From NCBI RefSeq assembly GCF_006345805.1, contig NC_043007.1, positions 6,076,001 through 6,140,000 on the forward strand: a DNA stretch of 64,000 nt. Reading direction: 5' to 3'. Positions 36,560-50,412 of the stretch are shown here, one piece after another. Under the pieces are notes generated by a model, which was given only the letters and a program-made list of their open reading frames with translations, was not told the origin of the DNA and ran no database searches. The stretch is from Octopus sinensis (Eukaryota). The translations under genes were made by a program, and so were the position numbers. Each line of letters begins with the position of its first letter. Position 1 is the stretch's first letter.

Positions 36560-38800
36560 GAAATTGTTCCGAGTGCACTGAAAATAAAAGAACCAATTTA
36601 GATTGTCACTTGATGTATTTCCCGTACGTATTCGTTTACTTTCACTCTCTCGGAATTCTCCACGTTTTGGCGAGTAGTAAGAATGGCGGTATCCATCATG
36701 ACCCACTCATCTGTATCTTTGTGTACAATTGTAATAACAGGATGATTATCCTCCACATGCCTGTCTGTAAAGATTGTCACGCCACATGAATTTCATTCGC
36801 TCTTTCTCATCGAAGCCCTGTGGAATGTGGCCATACAAGTTATCCGTTGACAGAGCTTTTGATATTTTGGTTGTTTCTATCTTCAGAGAATATTCTTTGT
36901 TCCTGACATAAATCAAATTCACAAGCCCCGAGTGGCAGAAGTGATTTTGTCTTTTACATTTGACAGGCGTTTGCTTTCTTCCCTTTTTTGTAGGTAGGGA
37001 CTGTTGATGTTACTTTTAAGATGATATACGTTATGTATTGTGGATCGCTTTCTAGTTCTCTATTCCATTTTCATAGCTCTGGCCACTTGAAAAAAGGAGC
37101 AGTGTATCTCAACTCTAGTGTGGCCCGTGTGTTGGTTGCTCATACCACCTCCATTTAGTTTCGTTTCCAGCAGTTTACTAACGCTTGGACTTTCTGGAAA
37201 TATTTTCTCTCATTTCTCTTTCCATTACCTTATCAACTTGCAACAGTCCTTGGTACTTGTATCCTTCATTATTTCTTAGTGATCTAATAACATTTCATAG
37301 AATCTTTATTCCATCAGATCAACTCTTTTGTCTTTTTCTTCTAATTAAAACTGTACGTTTATGCACCCCAAACTGAATACCAATATTCTTGCTAAATATT
37401 TTTCCTAGTTGAGCCAGAAAATACCGGTTATTTCAATTTCAGTTCGAGACCCGACATACACAGTAATGTTTATTTTTTCCTTGTTCGTAGAAAGATCATA
37501 AACGAGTTTAGATTTTCTCATTACGTTTGCCAAAACCTCGACACAATCACGAAAGGCAATGGAGAGAGTGAGTATCCTGCAAATATTCTCTTACGGAGTT
37601 TAACATTTTCTAATAATTCATTTCCAAACTTTACTTCTACTTCTCACGATCTCATCGATTAAAAAAAGACGCCGTTAATCCTCCAAATGACTCCCAAGAG
37701 TCATCTGGAGATCCAAGAGCCAACAGTATTGCGCATTATCGTATACTTTCTCTGTAATCCTTTCTGATTCATATTTCACCGAGTATCAGTTTAATCGATA
37801 TACAACGGGGTCAGCAACTTCCACTCTATATTCCATATGCTCCTCTGATATTAGATTTTCTTTCTCAAGAAAGCTATGTAATTTATCAGCTGTGAGACTG
37901 CTTAATTATGTAAAAAATATGTAATGATATGCATGCGACAGGTCTACAAATTCTCACTTAACCGCCGCCTACTTTCCTTTATTCATCTGTATTGGAACTG
38001 TCCTTCATTTTGTCATCCATGTTGGCATTCCATTTTTCATCCAATTAAAAAGAAACAGCTGCACATAACTGTGTGCTTCTTAAGTTTTTAAGGGAGAATC
38101 CCTGAACACATTTGGGTCCAGGAGTTTGCCAGATTAATATTTTCTTAAGTACCCATCTTAGCTTCTCATCGGTGATATCTATAGCACCTTCTTTTGATTT
38201 ATTTTCCATCTCATTAAAAAATTTTTTTAACGAGTCCCCAGGCATTGAACCTCCCTGTTTCAAATATCCGACCAAAAGCTCTTTAATGCTTCACCATACG
38301 GAATCGCATTCTTCCGATGTTTATTTTCCTTGTTCAGTTGTCAGTAAATTTTCTTCCTATTGTTTGTGCTTCTTGGGATTTACCTTTTGTTGGCATCGAG
38401 CAATTCTTATCCAACTCTGCTTTCCTTTGTCTCTCAGCCTTTCTTTTGCTGCCTCCAACCCTCTCTGTCCGGTCTTTTATTTTCTGCGGTGTTCTTTCTT
38501 ACGTCTCTCCTTCATTTCAATAACAACCTTTATCCTTTCAAGGTCTTTTACTGAGCTGTTCAATTTGGTTCTCAAATCTCCTTTCTTTCGATGGTTCATT
38601 GGTCACTTTTTCTGCTCGGTTTTCAGCACCAAGAATTTCTACAGCAACGAATGTTGCGCAGTATCACGAGGTCATTTGCATATTTTATATTCTCAACTTT
38701 AATTTTCGCCAATAGGCACTCTACAGCTTTTCGTAGATTTTTTTTTCTTACTTGCAATTTCTCTCAAAATTGGTAATTCCGTCCTTTCCTTTCTTTTCTC
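36560..38800 (-). mobile_element. Decayed R4/Dong-clade element (RT to RLE)
   Basis: ITDEKLRWVLKK..WQTPGP..QGF.LK, ATNTRAT.ELRY and TIFTDRHVEDNHP.ITIVHK motifs occur in order. Confidence 0.7.
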
Positions 38801-39001
38801 ATTTAAACGTTCGTGGCTAATAAAATGAACCATCCACCACCACCACCACCGCCACCACCATTACCATCATCATCATAATCATCATCATCGTCACCATCAT
38901 CGTGGTGGTGGTCGTCGTCATCGTTATCATTGTTGTCATCATCATCATCATCATTTTTGTTATGATTGTTGTTGTTGCTGTTACTACTACTACTACTACT
39001 A

Positions 39002-39032
<31 letters not shown>

Positions 39033-39839
39033 AAAATGCTAGTTTTGGGACGCCACTATTTCGCCCGAATAAATAAGTGAGTCGCTAAAAGTTATAAATT
39101 CTTTTGTTTGCGTTTTATGTTTTGAAGTTAAACACAAGAGAAAAATAAAAATAAAGAAAATTTCATTTTTGCTATTTTGGTGAACTGAAAAGATTTATTA
39201 CTTTCAGTTTCACTGGTCACCTTACGAAAAGGATAAATAAATGTAGTTTGCGTCGGTAAACTATGACAAATTATCCAAAATTTCTGTGTAGTATGTTGAT
39301 GTGAGCAGACGCAGGAGGCTTGCAATGAAGGCTACAAATGACAACGGTAATATAATGTGTAAGAGAGCAAATACAAATTTGACGACCATTTGTGGCAGCC
39401 ATTTGTAAATTAGTAGCAAGAATAAAATAAATTATCGCAGCAAGGGGAATAAAGGTATTGATTTCTAAAATAGACGCATTTCTAACATTTGTAAGAAAGA
39501 GGTTTAACAGATCGAATCTATTCATAAGATATTATTGGTAGCTGTTTTGACGACATCAGAGGAACGGAAAGTAAATTTTGTATTTAGAGGATTATAAACT
39601 CCAAAAGCAAATGAAGTTGTTCAAAGCAGTTTTGTTTTATACCGCATCATTTTCTTATCTATCAACTCACTTTCTGTAAGTAATGGCCAAACAAATATTC
39701 TTGATTCAGTTTCTATTAGCCAACGTGGTTTGTCCGAGTCCACATTGGTTGCATTTAGGAAATTCAGTCGGTGCCTGCGAAAGTGTTCGAACTATCTCAG
39801 CAGATTTGTGACAATTTCACACTCATTTTAACCATCGGA

Positions 39840-40390
39840 CGTTCTCATACTATCTCAGTTTGCGTCTAAGATGTCATTCCATTGACCCACGACAACTTGC
39901 AAGAAAGACGTCCTCATAAATGTTGAAGAGGTCGGGCTATGATGTTCCACTCAGGCCATTATCGCTTGCTAGTTTGGGGACAACATCAGGGTCACACACT
40001 TACCATTCAAGTCTGGAAGATTGCCCATTTCATGAGCTAATCACACCTTTCTGAAACAACACAATCAAATGCTCGATCCAGATCGACCTAAAGATACCTA
40101 CATCTCATAGTCAAGAAAAATGGAAGTGACTGCAAGTCTGAGACTCTGGTCTAGCTGGGGGTTACCATATCTATATGTAATGCCCTCGGGTCATTTAGCA
40201 AGTCATCATTTTTCAGTTAGTTTCGGATCACGCTCATTTGAATAGCATACTCTAAGCGTGGCACGTTGGACAGATAAGTGAAAAGTAAATTTCCTTGGTC
40301 CGAAACAGCGAATAATGCGGTCATCTTGGTGAGGTGGATATTCTTGAGAAGTCCGTCCAAATTTCCTTTACTGCTAGATTACAAAAATTT
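39840..40390 (-). mobile_element. CR1/L2-like LINE C-terminal remnant
   Basis: VPRLEYA and FLQVVVGQWNDIL resemble 'VRPxLEYA' and 'FSxRVVxxWNxLP'. Confidence 0.5.
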
Positions 40391-42039
40391 AAACGTCATA
40401 CAAGAATTTTAATCGTTGTGTCAAGTAGGCTTTCTTTTCCTTAAATGTCCATTCTTGCAAGTGTTTTAAGTCTGGCTTTTCGAAACTCTCTCCCTTTCTA
40501 TCTTGTTGCCTTGTTTTATGTAATCCATCAATGCGCTGGTGTTTCGTACAACAGCGAAGTTGAGAAGCAGGGATTATGCATTTCCTGTTGTAATCCTACT
40601 TTTTGTGGTAGTTGTTTCTTTTTTAAAAATTGTTCTTTAAACTCCCACGCCCATCCTGGTCGAAAGAGTTTTCCATTTTCTTTCAAGTGTTTCTTTTTGG
40701 TGTTCTGTAGTTGCTTCTGTTATCGTTCCTCATTGAACGTATAACGACTTTTGTTTACGTTCTTGTGGCTACTTTTATCAACTGATTTCTGTGGCGGTTG
40801 AGTTTGTAGTTTCTTTAATTTCGGTTTTGTCTTTGTTGTAGTTTAATTCTTGTTGCTTATATTGCTGTTGTTGTAGATGGTAAATTCTTCATTGCTTCGT
40901 TAACCTTCTTGGCTTTCAAAATTTCATGCCTTTCGCTGGTGTCTTTTTTCTCTTACGACAACATTATGCAACGATCCCTTCATCTCTTCTTTGTGTGACG
41001 AAGAGTTGGAGGCAGAGATGCTGATAGTAAAGATACACAAAGACCTATTCATGTAGTTATTTCATTCTCTGGTACCTTTGTTGTTTATGTTATTTTCTTT
41101 TGGTTTAGATAGGAATACTCATGCAACACATTTTGGTCAATGCTGAAGCTGGACAAGTTTGTCGTTCGCAGTAATACTGCTCTGCTTTAGGACTTTCTAC
41201 GGTTGTTGCCGATTGTGGTGAAGCTCTCTGCACTTTTACTGCTTTTGTGTTGGCAGCAGAGGGTAACTCATTCTTTTTCTCTAACACAGGTCAGTAACCT
41301 ACCACGTGGTCTCCACGCCCATAGTTGTAGCATTACAACCTCCTTCTCTCTATCATCACATGGAGTTGTATTACACGATTGAAGCATGTAGGATCAAGGA
41401 TCCTCACCAGGTCTGCGAGTTTTGTAACAAGTACTCTCTCAAGCTAATCACTCACAAATTCGCCCCTTTCCTCTACAATTCGACTGACAAGTTAAAACTG
41501 TTCAGGCTTTAACTCCAGTTGCTCATTCGGTTGTGCGATCATTTGCTTTCACTGCTCCGTGTTTTTTGTGCAAGCGAATGAGAAAATCTGCTTCGTTCCC
41601 TCTTCACTGTGGAGTAGAAGTTCCGATGTGACATATGGCCTTCCTTTCTGGTACACCTGACAGATACTGGAAACGTCTTTCTGCTGGTGTCGGTGAAGGG
41701 CTTTGCATTGTTCAAATATTTTTGAAATACATTTGCAAATCACCTTCCGTCTTCCCTCTTTCGATTGTTCCTCTTCTAAAACGAATATCTGATCTCGATC
41801 CGAATATACTAATCCCCTACTGCAGGCGTTAGGGTTCATGCTGTTTATGGGATTCATTACTGGATCCTCTTATTTCATCCTCTTATGAATGACGATTTTG
41901 GCCAATATCGTTGTAATTGATTTTGCTGGAAGAAGTATTATTTATAGTTGTAGTGGATGGGTTCGTTGATGTTGTTGCTAGAGTTGTTGGTGTTGTCGTT
42001 ACAGCTGAAAGGATTGCTGTTGCTGGTTTGTTTGTTGAG

Positions 42040-42354
42040 CTGTGGGAGAAGTCCTTTGCTATTCGTAAGACCCGCAGAAGAGAAAGCAAGTCAACCCTCG
42101 ACACCGAGAGCATCGACGGATGGATGAATCAGCGGTTGCGTAGGAAGTCGGGGACAAGAAACAGGAAGATAAGAGTGAGAGAAAGTTGGAGCGAAAGAGT
42201 ACAACAGGGGTGGCCCCCCCCCGCCCAGCGGGAGCCTCGTGGAGCTTTTAGGTGTTTTCGTTCAATAAACACACACAACGCCCGGTCTGGGAATCGAAAC
42301 CGCGATCCTCCGACCGCGAGTCCGCTGCCCTAACCACTGGGCCATTGCGCCTCC
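42040..42354 (-). mobile_element. tRNA-derived SINE (family of 10730-11112)
   Basis: Closely similar head and body to 10800-11112. Confidence 0.88.
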
Positions 42355-42778
42355 ACTGCTGCTGGTGCTTGTGGATTGCGGTAATCGTAGAATTGAAGGT
42401 GATGGGGAAATTGTCGTGTCATACCATTTTCTTCGACACCGTCGTTCCTTTCACCCTTTTCATCTTCGTAGGTGCAAGTGTTGGTAGAATATTGGTAGAA
42501 TTGATGGTGCTGCTGGTGTTGGCGATGGTAACACTATCACCGTTGACACATACTCTGTGAGTGACTAGCAGAGATTTCCATTATTTTTTACCTCTTTTTC
42601 TAAAGAGGAGGTGCTGCTACTTTCATTTTCCATTTGCTACTTACGCTGTTCCTCCTCTTTTTGTCATTCGTATGAACCATTGATGCCATATCAAATGAAA
42701 GAACTTCTTTTTAATATAAAGATTTTATGAAAATTGAAAAATCATGGTCTGGTGTCTGAAAATTTTGCATTAAAATTG

Positions 42779-42779
<1 letters not shown>

Positions 42780-42832
<53 letters not shown>

Positions 42833-42856
42833 TTAAAAATAACAACAATAATAATG

Positions 42857-42891
<35 letters not shown>

Positions 42892-42931
42892 TATTATTAT
42901 TAGTTTCCATTTTATAAAAATAAAACTATTA

Positions 42932-42964
<33 letters not shown>

Positions 42965-43000
42965 TATTATTATTATTATTATTAATTATTATTATTATTC
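42780..43000. repeat. (AAT)n/(TTA)n array with two polarity switches
   Basis: Directly visible. Confidence 0.92.
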
Positions 43001-43880
43001 AGTAGTTTTATTTTTATAGCATGCTTTCACTTCACTACCGAGCGCAGCTCTGTGTGCCTTGGGTATGTGCTGTGATTTGTTGTGATGCTCTGATGGTTAT
43101 TGTATGGAAAGTGTTCTGCGTAGGATGTGTGCAGTGCCTAGTAGTGCAATTTTCTGTATGTTATACGTGTTTGTAAGTCCTGGTGTTTTTGTTATGTATT
43201 TGTCTGAATATTTTTTTATCATGCCTAATGCACCTACTATGATAGGAATTGTTTCTGTTTTTAGATTCCACATTCTAGTTACCTCTATTTCCAGGTTTTT
43301 GTATTTTGAGAGTTTCTCCATTTCTTTTAGAGAAACGTTGTCATCTGCTGGTATTGATACATCAATTAGAAAGCATTTTTTGCGTCATCATCTCTGACAA
43401 CTATATCTGGCCTGTTGGCCTTAATTTCTCAATCTGTGTGTATCGGCATATCCCAGAGTATGGTTGCTTTCTCGTTTTCTGTGACCTTTTCTAGTGTGTG
43501 TCTATACCATCTTTTTTCTGTTGTTATTCCATAATGTTGGCATAGCTTCCAGTGTATGAAGGTCCCAACTCTGTCGTGTCTGTGAATATATTCCTTCTTA
43601 TCCAGGACTGGGCAGCCAGAGATAATATGATTTATTGTTTCTTGTCCATCACCACATATTCTGCAGTTACTTGCTGTTTATTTTCATTATATGTTTTTGG
43701 TAATTTCTGGTGGGGAGGCTTTGGTCTTGTGCTGCAATTAAAACTCCCCCTGTCTCTGCTTTGAGTCCTGAGCTTATTAACCATTGCTGGGATTTTTCTG
43801 TCTATTTCTTTTGCATTTAGCCCAGTATTTGCCAGGAAGGGGCTTTTCTTGTCATCGTTTTATCATGGTCCGTTGCTCTT
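43000..43880 (-). mobile_element. R4/Dong-clade 3' fragment (CCHC + RLE + 3' UTR + (AAT)n tail)
   Basis: CRICGDGQETINHIISGCP...RHDRV, FLIDVSIPADDNV..KEMEKLSKY and IIVGALG. 3' UTR is nearly identical to 59800-59900. Confidence 0.92.
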
Positions 43881-43899
43881 CTAGTTTTACATTATTTAT

Positions 43900-45745
43900 A
43901 TTTGACTGATTATTACTGAGGTTGATCATTTCTTTGTGGTGTGTATCACGATCGCTACTTATATTCTTTGCACGATGTTTTAGGCACTGAGCAAATCCCT
44001 CTCTTTACACTGTATGGATAGTGGGAGTTGAAGATGAGGTATTGTCCAGTGAAGGTCAGCTTGTGGTATGCGGATGTCTTGAATCCATGCTTGGTGCATG
44101 TTATTAATACGTCCAGGAATGCTAGCTGATTGTCTTTTTCCTTTTCCATTGTGAACTGTATGGATAGCTTTACTGAGTTCATTTGATCTAACAGCACTTG
44201 GACATCTTCCTGGTGGGGCCAGAGTATAAAAGTGTCATCAACATATCGCAGTCATGGGGTTGGTTTTAGTGGTGTTGATCCTAAAGCCAAATTCTCAAAG
44301 TATTCCATGTATATATTGGCTATTATCGGTGATAATGGCGAACCCATAGCTAGATCCTCTTACTGCCGATATATACCAGTGTCCATACTGAAGTGGGTAG
44401 TTTCTACACAGAGGGTCAACATTTCCATCAAGTTTCTTATTGGTATACTTGTGCGTTCTTTTAGATGGGTGTCTGTCACTAGTTTTTCTTGAATCACCGA
44501 CAGTGCTTCATCAGTTAGGACTTTGGTGAACAGACTTATCACATCTAGACTCAGCATCTTGTTGGATTCAATGGGAGTATCCTCGATCAATTCTGTGAAG
44601 TGGGTGGAATTCTTCGCGTACGATGAAGAATTCCTGCTAATGGACTGAATATATCCACAAGGAAGCGGCTCAATGGATGACATGCTGAACCTCTACAGCT
44701 CACTATAAGTCTTAATGGAATACCATCCTTGTGAATCTTAAGAAGACCGTACATGTGTGGTAGTTTTCTGTGGTGTTGAATCAGTTGTCTGTACTTCATT
44801 GGTGTAAAGTGATCCTTGTTCTTGATCAAGATTTGTAACAACTTCCTCTCTTTTTTCAAAGTAGGGTCTTTCTTTACTTTTCTGTAGCTACAATCACTTA
44901 AAGACTTGCCTGTTTTTCCGGGTAGTCAGACTTCTTCATCACCACTGTAGCATTTCCCTTGTCTGCTGGAAGTATTATGATGGAATTGTCACTCTGTAGT
45001 CTTTTCCTAGCGAACGTTTCTTCCTTAGTGATGTTTGGATTGGGAAGTTTCACTTTTTCTAGTACCTGTCTTACTTTCCACCTTAGTTCACCTTCCTGAG
45101 CTTTTGGTATCTTTACGGCTATCTCTCCAATAGGGGCTATTATCTCCAAGTATAGAATGCGCTTGATAGTTGTCGCAAAGTTGAGACCTTTGCTTAGTAC
45201 TGCTTCTTCAGAGCTTTCTAGATGTCGGCTACTTACATAAATTACTACTTTCGCAGATGAGTGACGGACTTCAGTCTTCATTCTCTGACCTTTGAGTTTC
45301 ATAAACTTCTTAATCTGGCGTCTCTTCACCATTTCAAATTCTTTCATGTACGACTTTTCTAGGTCTTGTTGGATTCTCTTTCTATCATCGTCTCTGGTCA
45401 TTTTTCTAAGTAATGAAGATAAACTCCCTTTGATTTCGTTATTTAGTTGATGTTTCTTCCAACGGTTGTAATAGATCCTCTCACAGATGAGGGCAAGTCC
45501 TGTCCTTTCCGCTACTCTTCTAGCTTTTTATGAATCCGCTGGTGCCATTAACTTCAAACCACATGGTATTAGCTTTGAGTCTTTACATCTACTCAGGAGA
45601 GTTAGATGGTTTGAAAAACGAGCTAGTTTTTGATGGAGTTTCTCTATATGTCTCCATTGTGTTAACAACAAACAAGATGAGGTCAAATATCCGTCAAATT
45701 TAAATAAGGTAAATAATGTACATAATTCCTCATCTCTTAAATACA
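43900..45745 (-). mobile_element. Penelope-like element (Poseidon-type) RT, degenerate; GIY-YIG end missing
   Basis: LARFSNHL..LSRC, LSKGLNF, ILPADKGNATVVM, YGLLKIHK..PLRLIVS, SLDVISLFT, AMGSPLSP, YVDD (44234-45) and FLDVLI. Confidence 0.92.
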
Positions 45746-45829
45746 TTTGTTTTATAGCTTTTGCTGTTTCTTTTTCTTCTTCATATTTGTTAGATAGTAT
45801 GATTTCTTGCTTGTACTTGTCAGATCCCT

Positions 45830-46460
45830 TAAATACTGAAAGCAGTTTTTTGTTTTGCTCGTGTTTTGTGGCTATTTGTATTAGTTTTCCTTGCTTCTAA
45901 AGTAGATATTTTTTCAGTCCCATCAGCTGGGCATGCTATATCTATGATCCAACATAGTTTGCTTTCTTTCACAATTAAGACTATGTCTGGCTTCCTATCC
46001 TCTATCTCATGGTCGCACTGAATCATAAAAACCCACAGTATCTTCGCATTATCATTTTCGACGATGCCTTCGGGTTTGTGGTCGTACCAATTTTTTGCTC
46101 TGTAAAGTCCATACTTATAGCAAAGTCTCCAATGGACAAGCCTGGCTATATTGTCGTGGCGTCTCTTAAATTCCTTCTGGGCTAGTGGCGTACATTGGCT
46201 GGTAATATACCATACGGTTTCACCGTTTTGTCAACGGATTCTGCACTTATCCCTTTCTGATGTGCTGTCTATTCTTTATTTCATGTAGTTTGTTCTTAGT
46301 GCTTGCTCTTGGACAGCACAGATTAGAGACTCGGTTTCCAATTTTAAATCTCTTTTAGTCATCCACAGCCATCTTTTTTCTCTGTCTGTCTTATCTTCAA
46401 CATCCCTATGGAATTGTCCATGCATTCTTTTCTTTATCCTCCTATTTTCAGTTTCTTCAA
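45830..46460 (-). mobile_element. R4/Dong-clade CCHC/RLE fragment (second subfamily)
   Basis: KCRI...ETV.YITSQC.PLAQKEFKRRHDNIA..HW, RKPDIV and IIDIACP. Confidence 0.85.
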
Positions 46461-46489
46461 TTGCTTGTACAGTGATTTATCTTTTGTAG

Positions 46490-46950
46490 TAAATTTGAAA
46501 AGTTTCGTTGAAGTTTCTAAGTATAACGTACCGTCCACGCTTAAATAAACATTCGAACCTGTTGTGCAATTTAAACGTTTGGGCGATGCTCTTCGTCTCA
46601 CTATTTATATCGCTATAAGTATGTGCGCTAATCTTTCTATAATTGTCCGCGATCTTGTCAAGTAGTTATGTATATGTATATGTTATATATATGTTACGTA
46701 TATCTGCTATTTTCTACTCTGGATAGGTTATTGGTTTTATCGGAAAAATCGTATTTTTAGATATCTTGAAATTCTTAATGTCAAAGCTAAGTTTGTTTTC
46801 GACGGTGTCAGCGTATATACCGAGGTTTGTCGTGTTTAAGAGGTCGGTTTCGAATAGTGATAGGTCTTCAATCCGTAGGTAAATTTTAGAGATTTATCAC
46901 GAAAGTATACGGTGGTTGCATCGCTGGTCCTAAAATCGTAAAGGTCCTTC
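46490..46950 (-). mobile_element. Naiad-type Penelope-like RT N-terminal remnant
   Basis: LSLFETDL, KLSFDIKNFK, SDKTNNL and NYRKI...INSETKSIA...NRFE match the recalled Naiad consensus (FExDL, ADKT, INxEAKxIA). Confidence 0.6.
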
Positions 46951-47144
46951 ACTGCTTGCGCCTAATTACATCCTCAACATTTTCTATTAATCTTTTAAAT
47001 AAATGGTACACACATTCATACATACAGACATATGCACTGATACATACGTTCATGCGTATATACATAATACATATACACCTACATACGCAATACATACATA
47101 CATACATACATACATTTATACATACATATATACACACATACATA

Positions 47145-48228
47145 TTGTCTGGAGATTTTCTCCTGGAGATAAATCCGCAGAGAGAGAATTACCACGTCCG
47201 AGTGTTTGCAAACGTTTGAAATATGATTGCACATGTTTATGCACAGACACACACACAGACACATAGACACACACACAGACACACACACACACACAGACAC
47301 ACATACACACACACAGACACACAACACACACACACACATACACACACAGACACACACAGACAAAATCCCGCCGTAACTGTTGAGAAACAAGCAGAGACGC
47401 TTGGATTTGGTCGTTCAAGCATTCATCAACACCTACGTTCCATCGGAAATGTAAGCAAATTGCGGAAATGGGTTCCTCGCAAACTTATCGGTTCTAGTCG
47501 CGTTCAGAGAGCGAATGTGTCCTCTTCTTCGTTGCTGTTACGTCCCACGAATGAACCTTTTTTGGATCAAATAGTGAGTGTGCTGACGAGAAATGTGTTC
47601 TGTATAAGAATGCCAAGCACCGAGGATAGTGGATAGGGAGAGATGAAACACCGGCACCTCAGATTAAAGAAGGTCCTCACCCATATAATGTGTTGCTATC
47701 TGTTTGCTGGGATGTGAAAGGTTTAGTCCACTTCGAACTTTTAAACCCAAACCAAACCATAACAAAGGAGATCTATTGGGAGCAGCTTAAGCGTCTTAAG
47801 TCAGCGCTAGAAGAAAACGACCATCTTTGGTTTCACGACGAAAGATGTTCTTCCACCAGGATAATGCTCAGCCACATACAGCAAGGATGACATTCCAAAG
47901 GCTGGAGCAGGTTGAATGGGAAACGCATCACCCGTGTTTGCAAGACATTGCCTCGTCTGATTATCATTTATTCTGCAGTCTTCAAAATCATTTGGACGGA
48001 AAAACATGAATTGTGTCTAGACGAGGTCAGAACAGTACTGGACGAGCATTTTTCATCACGAACAGGTGAATTTTGGAAGAAGAGGCCTTGCAAGTCTACC
48101 AGATAAGATGGAAGAGCATCTTCTTAGTAAATGAAGGAGAGTATATTTTAAATTAAAAACGAACTTTGTTTATCTTAATTTTGAAAAATAAAGAAGTATA
48201 AAAAAACCCACATTATTTATGGGATGAC

Positions 48229-48232
<4 letters not shown>
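47145..48232 (+). mobile_element. Mariner (DD34D) transposon remnant interrupted by (CA)n
   Basis: KWVPRKL, FLDQIV, LLSVCWD..G..HFELL, FHQDNAQPHTA and ASSDYHLF. Right TIR ends gggatgaccaaa|TA. Confidence 0.9.
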
Positions 48233-48295
<63 letters not shown>

Positions 48296-48324
48296 CGTAT
48301 TATCAGTATGTGTGCGTGCATGCG

Positions 48325-48374
<50 letters not shown>

Positions 48375-48802
48375 CACATCTGTGTGTTTATGTTTGAGTG
48401 TGTATGTGTGCGTGTGTGTATCTATGCACGTGTGTATGTAAATGTTATCGCCATATTATTAATAAAACAATCTCTGGACACATAAAAACAAAATGCTGCA
48501 GTTTAGAAATAGGTGCAGCTGAAAATTCATAAAAATTTGCCAACGGAACAGGGAATGCATGTCGAATCCTGTTCTACATGTTTCTAGGCAGTTAACGTAT
48601 TGGACACCACGGTACTTTTACAGACTCTATCATGAAAATAGAAAATGATTTTAAAAGCTGCTATAGGAAATGCATCTTCGTGGTTACTATATATATATAT
48701 AAATTTTTCAATAAATGTAAACAGTAGCATCAGCAAAGTAGCTATTGATTTCTTATGGAAAATACCAATATTCACATCGTAGAAAAAGGACAGGTATATG
48801 GA

Positions 48803-48867
<65 letters not shown>

Positions 48868-49019
48868 CATGGTAAAAGTTGATTCCTTACTTCACAGAAA
48901 AATACAGTATTTATTTGAAATTGTGCAAGGCCAGAAGAAAAGTAAGCGTTAATATCAAAAACGGGCAACGCACTATCGTGTGGAAGTCTGCATACAATTT
49001 GTGGCTCTTTGTATATAAA

Positions 49020-49041
49020 TCTAACTATCTATCTATCTATC

Positions 49042-49135
<94 letters not shown>

Positions 49136-49148
49136 GCTATCTATCTAT
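49020..49148. repeat. (CTAT)n microsatellite
   Basis: Directly visible, nearly pure. Confidence 0.97.
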
Positions 49149-50174
49149 CCAAGAGTTTCCTGATCATGGCTCTTTGAAACACGAATGCAATTATCTGACT
49201 ACCTTATACACGCTTTCCGTTTACCTAATTTCCCAATCAAAGCTCGGGTGAATCAGAAGCTGTGGTAAGAGAAGCTTGTACAAGATTACCTTTCGTGTGA
49301 TCGAAGCCAGAAGCATATGAATGCAGAGTAAACTTCTAGATCAAGCGGCTACGACTGCGCCAACCAATTGCCATGAACATTCAGAAACCAGTTATGTGGG
49401 AAAGACTTCAAGGCTGCACCTGCAGAATCATTTTCACACCATTTTTACACCATCATAAATGGAGTTGCTGAGCAAACGTTAAAATTCTGTCGAATTCTCA
49501 TTATAAGGGCGTTAGAACCTTACCAACAAATAAACCTGTGCTAAAGAGGAAAAAATAAACACAGAAATAATATGGGAATGAAACAAAACATAACGAGTGA
49601 GCAGGAAAAATGTTATCATTAGCTTCCAAGTCGTGCTTGATGTTAAAAACTGAATCATTACATAAAAGGTGTTTAGGTACAGAAGGCAAACACGGCAAAG
49701 GAAAACTGAAAACAAACAACAAACAAAAGCTAATTTGGAACAAACAATGCAAAAAAGAAGAAACAAAAAAAAAAGCTATTTCCATTGGAAAAAACGGGAA
49801 AGAGAAGGCTCTTTTATTCTATAATGATCCGGTGAATATTTGATGTGGAAAATTCTCAAAGAAAACACAAAAAAAATGCAATATGAGGTGAGTAGTATTA
49901 GCTGTTGATCATAACTGCAGTATTAACATGTTTTCATTTTGTTTTATTTATTCATTCTTGAATGTGTGGAGGAGGTTGGTGTCTTTTTAATTTGTTTTGT
50001 TTGCAAAGGAAATTAAATTTAATAAGAGAGCTGTTCAAAAATCGAGCAACACGTAACATAGCAAATAACTATTAGAGTAACAGGTACTGAAAAACCTCGT
50101 TAAAACATTCATATTCAGACTGTCACATTCATAAACACAAGCGCCATCTGTTTTCTTCGCGGTACCTATATATA

Positions 50175-50412
50175 TATATTTCTTTACTACCCACAGAGGG
50201 CTAAACACAGAGGGGACAAACAAAGACAGATAAACGGATTAAGTCGATTACATCGACCCCAGTGCGTAACTGGTACTTAATTTATCGACCCCGAAAGGAT
50301 GAAAGGCAAAGTCGACCTCGGCGGAATTTGAACCCAGAACGTAACGGCAGACGAAATACGGCTACGCATTTCACCCGGCGTGCTAACGTTTCTGCCAGCT
50401 CGCCGCCTTCAT
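50175..50412 (-). mobile_element. Full-length SINE of the 31976 family with 14-bp TSD
   Basis: TSD ggtacctatatata at 50161-50174 and 50413-50426. Confidence 0.92.

Noticed and set aside
40400-41880. CR1 ORF1 or another coding region
   Set aside because: Similarity is only vague and no diagnostic motif could be read with confidence.
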